A stretch of 64,000 nt of DNA. It comes from an uncultured Gammaproteobacteria bacterium. GTDB lineage: Bacteria > Patescibacteriota > Microgenomatia > UBA8517. Where the stretch lies: the NCBI GenBank assembly GCA_964635715.1, contig CAZWNZ010000001.1, positions 10,358 to 74,357 on the forward strand, in the 5' to 3' direction. Shown here piece by piece: positions 54,401 through 61,720 of this stretch. Positions within the stretch are counted from its first letter, which is position 1, and the number at the start of each line of letters is the position of its first letter. Position numbers and translations under genes: made by a program. The notes under the pieces are model-generated. The model was not told the origin of the DNA, ran no database searches, and saw only the letters and a list, made by a program, of their open reading frames with translations.

Positions 54401-56161
54401 TTAAGACCCGCTTGGGGTTTCTGTGGTTGGGGTAATTGGTTCTTCCTCTTTGGATGGAAGCGATGGAAAAACTCTCTTGGTAATAATTCTTTTGGCTAAA
54501 TTCAAAAAATACTTAGCTTCATCGACACGGAATAAAAGCGACAAAAGAGTGTAAATAATTAGTCCTACCAAAAAAGTAACAGTTGTAAGAATTATCACGT
54601 TACCTGTATAGCGAGTATCCAGTACAAATTTTTCGAAAGGAAAAGTGTTGGTAGCATCAATTCCGCTTAAAAAAGAAAGCCTTTTAACCCATACGGACTT
54701 ATCAAAAATTTTGAGCATAAAGAACATTGCAGTTCCAGAAACAACTGTTGCCATAAAAATCTTCAGGGTATGAATAACAAATCTCAAATCGACTATCTTT
54801 TCAATCTTTTTATTGATCAAAACAAGTAAAATTACAGATTCGACAAGTGTGCTGATAGCAAAAGATGCAGCCAGCGCCCAAACTCCCAAACCAAGACCTC
54901 TTATCAGAATAAAATCTGCGACAACTAAAATAGTTAATCCAACAAACGATACTTTTACCGGAGTTTTTGTATCGTTTAATGCAAAAAAAGAACGGGTAAG
55001 AATCGACATCAAAGTCTGAAAAACAACGGATATCGCAAAAACCGAAAGAATCGTTCCGGTCTGAACGGTAGAATTCCAATCAAAGATCTTTGTTCCATAA
55101 ATAAGTCTAACAACGGGAATTCTTAAAGCGATCAAGGCTGCCGATATTGGAAGTGTAAAAAACATTGCTTGATAAATTGCGGATAGGAGAATCTTTCTGA
55201 ACTCTTTTTTATTGTTGTCCACATCGGAAAGCATTGGTAGTACAGCCTTTGCGAGGGAAGTACCGAAGAGACTTACTGGTAAAAGTTGTAATGAATTGGC
55301 AAAAGTATAGTAGGTATAAGATGCCTGTGAAATTATTGATGAAAGAAAAAGTTCAGCACTTTTCCCCACCTGGTCAAATGCTAAATCAACTACTCTGGGA
55401 AAGGCTAATTGTCCGATTTTTTTGACGTTGTCATCAGGTTTAAAATTCCAAGTGAATCTAAACCCAAGTTTGCGCGAAAGAGGGTATTGAATAATAAAAT
55501 GTGCAAAAGCTCCTATAACTACTCCAACCGCAGGGGCAATCAATCCCAAGCGTGGGGTGAGAACAACAGTCCCAAAAATTATACCCAAATTATAAAAAAT
55601 CGGCGCCAGAGCGGGAATCAAAAAGCGCCTTAATGATTCCAAAACTCCGGTTAAAACATAACTAATTACAAAAAAACCCTGTGCAGCGAAAAGAATTCTG
55701 GCAAGAAAAGCTATTTGGTTCGTTTCGTAATCCCCATAACCAGGAGCAATTACTGAGTAAATCTGGGGGGCAAAAACTCCTATTATCAATACCGCAAAAG
55801 CAAAAATTGCAAGCCCTATTGAGACCACCTTACCAGCAAGTTGCCAAGCTTGCGCTTCACCATTTTTTAATGTCTTCGTGAAAATGGGTATAAAAGCTGA
55901 TGAAAAAGTCCCAAAAACCAACACTTGAAATACTGCATCCGGAAGTCTGAATGCAGCAAAGAAAAGTGATAACGATTCCGGAGTAAAATAGCTGGCCAAA
56001 ACTCTTTGTCTGACAAGTCCCAGGATCATAGAGATGGCAATCATTACCATGATAAGTGTCGCTGCAGAAAGAACTGTGTTTTGTTGGGAATTTATTATTT
56101 TTTTGCTCCTGGATATCAAGTTTTCCATAACTCTCTGTTGATATTCTAGCCTCTTTGTCAT
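54401..56161 (-). CDS. murJ: lipid II flippase MurJ (MviN)
   Basis: ~14 TM helices; MurJ-like N-terminus ...LGLVRQRVLASYFTPESLSLFFAAFRLPD... Confidence 0.85.
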   Translation of the reverse strand: MTKRLEYQQRVMENLISRSKKIINSQQNTVLSAATLIMVMIAISMILGLVRQRVLASYFTPESLSLFFAAFRLPDAVFQVLVFGTFSSAFIPIFTKTLKNGEAQAWQLAGKVVSIGLAIFAFAVLIIGVFAPQIYSVIAPGYGDYETNQIAFLARILFAAQGFFVISYVLTGVLESLRRFLIPALAPIFYNLGIIFGTVVLTPRLGLIAPAVGVVIGAFAHFIIQYPLSRKLGFRFTWNFKPDDNVKKIGQLAFPRVVDLAFDQVGKSAELFLSSIISQASYTYYTFANSLQLLPVSLFGTSLAKAVLPMLSDVDNNKKEFRKILLSAIYQAMFFTLPISAALIALRIPVVRLIYGTKIFDWNSTVQTGTILSVFAISVVFQTLMSILTRSFFALNDTKTPVKVSFVGLTILVVADFILIRGLGLGVWALAASFAISTLVESVILLVLINKKIEKIVDLRFVIHTLKIFMATVVSGTAMFFMLKIFDKSVWVKRLSFLSGIDATNTFPFEKFVLDTRYTGNVIILTTVTFLVGLIIYTLLSLLFRVDEAKYFLNLAKRIITKRVFPSLPSKEEEPITPTTETPSGS

Positions 56162-56220
56162 ATACTAACAACCACAAATGAATTTTAGATTTTAAATTTA
56201 AAATTCCGAGTTAACTAGCC

Positions 56221-56514
56221 ATGCCAGTAACAAAAACAGCAAAGAGAGCCCTCAGGGGTTCGAAAAATAAAGCAGAAGTAAATAAGCTTTTAATAAAAAG
56301 GCTTGAGATTGCTATCCGTATGGCAAAAAAGTCTAAATCTCCCAAAGAAGTTCTGACTGCAACTTCTCTAGCTGATCGTGCCGCAAAAAAAAGAATCATT
56401 CATAAAAATAAAGCGGCTAGAGTTAAATCCCAACTAGCAAAATTGATTACTGCAAACAAAGTTTCAAAGATTAAAAAAACCACTTCTAAAAAAGTTTCTT
56501 CTAATAAGAAATAA
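56221..56514 (+). CDS. rpsT: 30S ribosomal protein S20
   Basis: TKTAKRALRGSKNKAEVNKLLIKRLEIAIRMA...KRIIHKNKAARVKSQLAKLI matches S20 (...KGLIHKNKAARHK...). Confidence 0.85.
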   Translation: MPVTKTAKRALRGSKNKAEVNKLLIKRLEIAIRMAKKSKSPKEVLTATSLADRAAKKRIIHKNKAARVKSQLAKLITANKVSKIKKTTSKKVSSNKK

Positions 56515-56577
56515 TTTGCTTCTTTCACGCATTTACATGTGCTATATTGGTTTAAGGCCGTGTGTCTTATATAGTTT

Positions 56578-57108
56578 ATGCCCAAAAATAAAGCAATCAA
56601 TTTACTGCCTTTAGAGGAGTTTAACGCTTCAACCACCGGCCGTGTTCTAAAATGGGCGACAGGAACTTTCCGTGTGATTGTAATTATCACTGAAATGGTT
56701 GTTATGGGAGCTTTTTTGTCACGGTTCTGGCTGGATGCCCAAAATTCAACTCTAAACAACGCAATAAAAGCAAAAAGTGCCCAAATTTCCGCACAAACTG
56801 ATTTAGAGCAGCGTTTCAGAAACACTCAATTAAAACTGAATGTATTTAAACAAATTGATCAAAGTAATAATTTATCTTCTTATGTTGACAACATTACCAG
56901 CAAGGTTCCTGAAAATATCACTTTATCAAAAATATCCATTGAGAAAGAGGCTATATCTATTACGGGTTCGTCTTTATCGGATTATGATATCGCGGTATTT
57001 ATAGCCAGTCTGCAAAATCCACCATTTAAAGAGGCTGTTTTAAGTCAGGTGGGTTCATCTGAAAACAATCCCGGAGAAACCAATTTTACAGTGAGCGCGA
57101 TTTATTAA
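56578..57108 (+). CDS. pilN: type IV pilus assembly protein PilN-like
   Basis: INLLP signature at residues 7-11, TM, coiled-coil, C-terminal ferredoxin-like periplasmic region. Confidence 0.65.
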   Translation: MPKNKAINLLPLEEFNASTTGRVLKWATGTFRVIVIITEMVVMGAFLSRFWLDAQNSTLNNAIKAKSAQISAQTDLEQRFRNTQLKLNVFKQIDQSNNLSSYVDNITSKVPENITLSKISIEKEAISITGSSLSDYDIAVFIASLQNPPFKEAVLSQVGSSENNPGETNFTVSAIY

Positions 57109-57112
57109 TACT

Positions 57113-57772
57113 ATGGCATCAGGTTGGAGATCATCATATTACCGATATAAACAACTGTTTCTAAATGTTTCTGCCACTTATAAAAAGAGGTCGGATCTTC
57201 GTGCGTTTTTGGAAATAGTTTTGTCGTTAATTGCAGTAATCATTTTCGTAGTTTTTGCATTAAAACCTACCGCCTTAACCATTATTAGTCTTGTCCAACA
57301 GATAAAAGAAGAGAAAAAGGTTCTAACCTCACTCAACCAAAAGGTCAGTGACTTGCAAAAAGCATCCACTCTTTTAACCCAAAATCAAATGTTTTTGGAT
57401 AACATTAATCTTGCCATCTCCACTACACCAAGTCCTGATATATTTGCAAAACAAATATTGGGAATGTCTGCCAAAAATAATGTTGAGCTGATGGCTTTAT
57501 CCATTAACGAAGTTGTTATAATTGGGAACACAAAAAAGATAGTTTCCAAAGAAACAGAACCATTGCCTGAGAATGCTAACGAAATTGGATACTCGATCAG
57601 TATAAAAGGCGGTTTTGCCAATATAAACACATTTTTAAAAGATATTGAAAATCTCAGAACAATATCGAAAATAGACAGCCTCACAATTAGCTCTTCCATA
57701 AGTGACTCTGGAAGGGTTATAGTGGCTGTAATTTCAGGTAGAATTCCTTATTTGGAACAAGTCAAAAAATGA
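57113..57772 (+). CDS. pilO: type IV pilus assembly protein PilO-like
   Basis: Short cytoplasmic N-terminus, TM (LEIVLSLIAVIIFVVFAL), coiled-coil, C-terminal domain; follows pilN with a 4-nt gap. Confidence 0.55.
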   Translation: MASGWRSSYYRYKQLFLNVSATYKKRSDLRAFLEIVLSLIAVIIFVVFALKPTALTIISLVQQIKEEKKVLTSLNQKVSDLQKASTLLTQNQMFLDNINLAISTTPSPDIFAKQILGMSAKNNVELMALSINEVVIIGNTKKIVSKETEPLPENANEIGYSISIKGGFANINTFLKDIENLRTISKIDSLTISSSISDSGRVIVAVISGRIPYLEQVKK

Positions 57773-58137
57773 AAAAAAATCGTCTCCCCAAACCAATAAC
57801 CATACTAATATTGACACTTTTAACTGCAGTACTTTGGGTAGGTTTAAATATATATAGAACTTTTACAATTAAGCCGGATGCTCCTGTTCCTGAAAGTGTA
57901 TCCAATCCTTTGAATCCGGTACTCAACACTGAAGTCATTCAGCAAATAGAATCCGCTATTTACATTCCCGATTCTGAAATTCCACAAATTGGTACAAACA
58001 TTCAAATAACAGCGACACCCCTGCCTGTGCTGACCGAGGAGGAAATGACCGAAGCTGAAACAGGATCCGAAACTGAATCAACCGAAAGCGGATCTTTTCA
58101 GGCAACTGAAGATGAAACAACAACCGAAGAAAAATGA
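57769..58137 (+). CDS. small signal-anchored protein with acidic Glu/Thr-rich tail
   Basis: TM ITILILTLLTAVLWVGL; C-terminus EEEMTEAETGSETESTESGSFQATEDETTTEEK. 4-nt overlaps with both neighbouring genes. Confidence 0.4.
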   Translation: MKKNRLPKPITILILTLLTAVLWVGLNIYRTFTIKPDAPVPESVSNPLNPVLNTEVIQQIESAIYIPDSEIPQIGTNIQITATPLPVLTEEEMTEAETGSETESTESGSFQATEDETTTEEK

Positions 58138-59507
58138 TAAAGAAAAAAAATATACCAACAATACTTGGAATACTGCTTCTTTTGGGTGGCGTATTTACCG
58201 GTGTGATTCTTCTTAAGAACAATCAACTGTTCAGAATAGGTGCAAGTTCCACAGCAGCTCCCAAGGATGTAAGAGTCAGTAGTGTTTCTGATTCCACAGC
58301 TACCATTACTTGGGTCACCGGAGAACCCACATCGGCTTTTATTTCTTATGGTACCGATGAAAATACCGGAACCGTTATTAATGAGACAGAAAATGACCAA
58401 AAATATACCACTCACAGTATCACTATTACAGGTCTTTCTGCCAGTTCCACCTATTACTTAAAAATAAACTCTAACGGCACAACATTTGACAACAATGGGG
58501 TTCCTTGGCAATTTATTACAGGTGAAAATCTACCTCTAAGCCAGAAGTCGATTCCGATATCTGGATCCGTTATCTCCGCGTCAGGAACATCCATGAAAAG
58601 GGCAATTGTTTACATAACTATAAACGGTTATGTGATTTCAACAATGACCTCAGAAAATGGAACTTTTGTTTTACAAATCGGATCCGCCAGAACTCCCGAT
58701 CTTTCCGCTTATGCAGATATTGATCTTGAGAAAACCCTTCTGGAAATTTCGGTTACGGCGGAGACCGGAGAAACTGCAATTGCAAAAATCTTTTCTCAAT
58801 CCGCAAACCCAATTCCTGCATTAATAATTGGCCAAGATCAAGATTTCAGAAATTTGGAACCTTTATCCAACGGTTTAAATCCAGATGCCAATCTTAGCCT
58901 TCCTGAAAGTGCGACGGCTGAGTCTAAACTTGATGTCAGTCAATCCGAAACTATTTCTACAACAACCCTAACCTTGGACAGTATTACTGAAGGAGAGGTA
59001 ATCACCAGCAATCAACCTCAACTTTTCGGGGATGGGCCAAAAGGAACCGAGATTACAATTACTATTCACTCCGACACGGAAATTTCAGGATCGGCAGTTG
59101 TTTCATCAAGTGGCCTGTGGAATTGGTCGCTTCCAACCGATCTTTCTCCCGGTGCTCACACAATTACTATTTCCTGGATCGACTCACTAGGCATTGCCAG
59201 AACTCTAACCAGAAATTTTATCGTCCAAGCCGGTGAATTGCCTGCATTTGAAGCATCACCATCAGGCACTCCTACGACGACGCCAAAACCAAGTCAAACT
59301 CCTTCCCCCACACCAATTCCAAGTGCGACAAAAACTCCCTTAGCTACCAAAAGCCCAACCCCAAAGCCGACTGCTATTCCAACCACAACTCCGGAATCTT
59401 TACCTGAATCTGGAATCTTGACTCCGACTCTTCTACTATCTATGATGGGGATAGGCGTAATAACCTTTGCTTTTTATATTTGGAAAAAATCAGAAGATGA
59501 GTCCTAA
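58134..59507 (+). CDS. cell-surface protein: signal anchor, fibronectin type III-like domain, Pro/Thr-rich stalk, C-terminal LPESG sorting signal
   Basis: FN3-like APKDVRVSSVSDSTATITWVTGEPTSAFISYG...YYLKINS. C-terminus TPESLPESGILTPTLLLSMMGIGVITFAFYIWKKSEDES (LPxxG + hydrophobic + charged tail). Confidence 0.65.
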   Translation: MIKKKNIPTILGILLLLGGVFTGVILLKNNQLFRIGASSTAAPKDVRVSSVSDSTATITWVTGEPTSAFISYGTDENTGTVINETENDQKYTTHSITITGLSASSTYYLKINSNGTTFDNNGVPWQFITGENLPLSQKSIPISGSVISASGTSMKRAIVYITINGYVISTMTSENGTFVLQIGSARTPDLSAYADIDLEKTLLEISVTAETGETAIAKIFSQSANPIPALIIGQDQDFRNLEPLSNGLNPDANLSLPESATAESKLDVSQSETISTTTLTLDSITEGEVITSNQPQLFGDGPKGTEITITIHSDTEISGSAVVSSSGLWNWSLPTDLSPGAHTITISWIDSLGIARTLTRNFIVQAGELPAFEASPSGTPTTTPKPSQTPSPTPIPSATKTPLATKSPTPKPTAIPTTTPESLPESGILTPTLLLSMMGIGVITFAFYIWKKSEDES

Positions 59508-59542
59508 ATTGAATCTAGAATTATAAATTACTAATAATATCC

Positions 59543-60820
59543 ATGCCCAACCAAGATCCAACAAACAACAATCCTCCCCAAGAGAATACCCCGGTAAATC
59601 CTGTAAGTTCGGTCTCTTTTTCACCTCAGGCAGATTTACCGCCATTACCGCCGGAATTCCAAAATCTGGAAGGCAGTCAAGTTAATCCACCAACCGCCAA
59701 CTCAACGTCGTCATCCGATCCTACAGGAGATTCTGGTTCTGCAGCGCCGCCGCCAGCTTTTGCAAATATTGCCCCTGCTCCAAAGAAAAAGTTTGGAACC
59801 AAAAAAATAATTGCCACGATTTTAGGAATAATCGGGCTTGTGGGAGCGGTCGGAGCAGGAACATATCTTGTTGGACAAAAACAACTATTTCAACAAAAAG
59901 CCGACACACTATATGAATGTTCAAATGCTTACTGTGTAAGGTGTACTTGCGGATGTACATCATCCAATGCAGATTGCAGTGGACCAACTAATTGTAACCC
60001 CGATTGTCCAACCGCCACTCCAGTTTCAACGGACAGGCCTAATACATGCGAAGAAAATGGTTTTACATGTAAAACACCTGGCGGTGATGGTCATTGTCCA
60101 ACAGGGTCATATGATCGATCTGGAACATGTGCTAATGGTGTGTGTTGTTATACTCCATCCGACCCAGAACCCACATCCAGAACAGGATGGGGAATCGGAG
60201 AAGCTTGCACTAATACATCAGGAACGGGAACTCAGTGTGTTCTTGCTATTTGCCCATATGGGTGTGAAGGTAGTTGTGATTCTAACGATCCGGGTGTTAC
60301 TTTGAAATATGGAAATTGTGAGACACTTGCAAGTGAAGTGCTGAGTACTTGTGGCCAAGTTGATTTAGTTAATTCTTCAGGTGTTTATTGTGATGTTGAT
60401 CCATCGGATGGTATAGATGCTCAAATAACATGTCCTCAACCCAGATGTGCTGTTGATGATACACCTACGAGTGAGCCTAAATCTTCACCAACCCCAACTC
60501 CCACCACCGCTGCACCCTACTGCGCTGCCGTAAAAGCTTACGATACAGAATGGGAAGTACTTTCCTCAACCGACTTGACATCTCTATCAGAAGGATCTGT
60601 TGTTAACTTCTGTGTATCGGGTCTTCCATTATCCAATTCTTTCGACAAAGCTCAATTTACTATCAACGGTGTTAAACAAACTGAGACCTCTGTAAACAGA
60701 CCTCAATCGGCAGAGACAACTTATTACAACGAGTTCTGTCAGTCTTATACAATACCAAGCGGAACAACAACGTTTACTGTCACGGGTCAGATTCACCACT
60801 CTACGCTCGGGTGGTTTTAA
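59543..60820 (+). CDS. membrane-anchored protein: Pro-rich cytoplasmic N-terminus, one TM, large Cys-rich extracellular domain
   Basis: TM IIATILGIIGLVGAVGAGTYLV; more than 40 Cys in CxxC/CC clusters (CSNAYCVRCTCGCTSSNADCSGPTNCNPDCPT...). Confidence 0.5.
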   Translation: MPNQDPTNNNPPQENTPVNPVSSVSFSPQADLPPLPPEFQNLEGSQVNPPTANSTSSSDPTGDSGSAAPPPAFANIAPAPKKKFGTKKIIATILGIIGLVGAVGAGTYLVGQKQLFQQKADTLYECSNAYCVRCTCGCTSSNADCSGPTNCNPDCPTATPVSTDRPNTCEENGFTCKTPGGDGHCPTGSYDRSGTCANGVCCYTPSDPEPTSRTGWGIGEACTNTSGTGTQCVLAICPYGCEGSCDSNDPGVTLKYGNCETLASEVLSTCGQVDLVNSSGVYCDVDPSDGIDAQITCPQPRCAVDDTPTSEPKSSPTPTPTTAAPYCAAVKAYDTEWEVLSSTDLTSLSEGSVVNFCVSGLPLSNSFDKAQFTINGVKQTETSVNRPQSAETTYYNEFCQSYTIPSGTTTFTVTGQIHHSTLGWF

Positions 60821-60826
60821 AAATAT

Positions 60827-61423
60827 ATGAAAAAACCTGTTAGCAAAATCGGAACAATTTTAATAATAATAGCCACAGTCATTCTGGCTGGAATTGCGAT
60901 TTTTACAGCCTACAGATTGTATCAACTTAGACAAACCTCTGTCGCACCTAATGTTCCCAGCAGCATGCCAAAGGCTGAAGAATCAACTGCAAGCCCTGCT
61001 CCCACTAGCAATTGTTCCCTATCGTTTACCATATCGACATCCACTCCTACCACTACAGCCACAGCTACAGCTACTGCAACAGCCACAGCAACTGCGACGG
61101 CTACAGCTACTGCAACAGCCACGCCAACTTCATCCGGTACTCCGAACTCTTGCGGTGGAACTTGTGGAAGTAATACTAATTGTGGATCAGGTCTTTACTG
61201 TTATAACGGTTACTGTCGTAATCCATCGTGTTCTAATGAAATAGATTGTGTCTGTCCGACAGGCACCTCTACGGCCACAGCAACTGCGACAGCAAAAAGT
61301 TCCACCCCAACTTCTACACCTGAAGAAGTCACTCTTCCCGAGTCAGGTACAGGCTGGACGACTTTCATGGGTATCGGAGTCGGAATGTTGGTTGTTCTAG
61401 GATCAATTCTTTTAGCTCTCTAA
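60827..61423 (+). CDS. cell-surface protein with (Thr-Ala)n repeat, small Cys-knot module and C-terminal LPESG sorting signal
   Basis: TTATATATATATATATATATATATPT; CGGTCGSNTNCGSGLYCYNGYCRNPSCSNEIDCVCP; C-terminus EEVTLPESGTGWTTFMGIGVGMLVVLGSILLAL. Confidence 0.65.
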   Translation: MKKPVSKIGTILIIIATVILAGIAIFTAYRLYQLRQTSVAPNVPSSMPKAEESTASPAPTSNCSLSFTISTSTPTTTATATATATATATATATATATATPTSSGTPNSCGGTCGSNTNCGSGLYCYNGYCRNPSCSNEIDCVCPTGTSTATATATAKSSTPTSTPEEVTLPESGTGWTTFMGIGVGMLVVLGSILLAL

Positions 61424-61430
61424 TTTCATT

Positions 61431-61718
61431 GTGAATAAAATTACAAACTTTCTGAAACCAGGCATCGAATTTGCCAAAACAAATTTAGATACCATTATCG
61501 TTGTTCTTATCTCAGTCGGAATTTTCTTTCTTGGATACTATGTTACTGTTTATTCACTAGGAAAGCTGAAACCAAAGATCGTTTCTTATTATCCTTTTGA
61601 TAAATTTTTCCCAAAATCTGGGCGTTGGTCCGTGATGTATTTTTTAATTACAGTTCTTCTTTTGGGAGCTCTGGTTTATATAATTATAAAGGGAGGCTTC
61701 TATCTAGCACCGGCTTAA
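61431..61718 (+). CDS. small two-TM membrane protein
   Basis: Two hydrophobic helices (IIVVLISVGIFFLGYYV; VMYFLITVLLLGALVYIII). Confidence 0.35.
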   Translation: MNKITNFLKPGIEFAKTNLDTIIVVLISVGIFFLGYYVTVYSLGKLKPKIVSYYPFDKFFPKSGRWSVMYFLITVLLLGALVYIIIKGGFYLAPA

Positions 61719-61720
61719 AA

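Noticed and set aside
61050-61125. Regular 6-bp periodic repeat (acagcc/acagct...) considered as a possible CRISPR-like or simple tandem array
   Set aside because: The period is 6 bp and in frame within a CDS, encoding (Thr-Ala)n. There are no spacers, so it is a coding low-complexity repeat.
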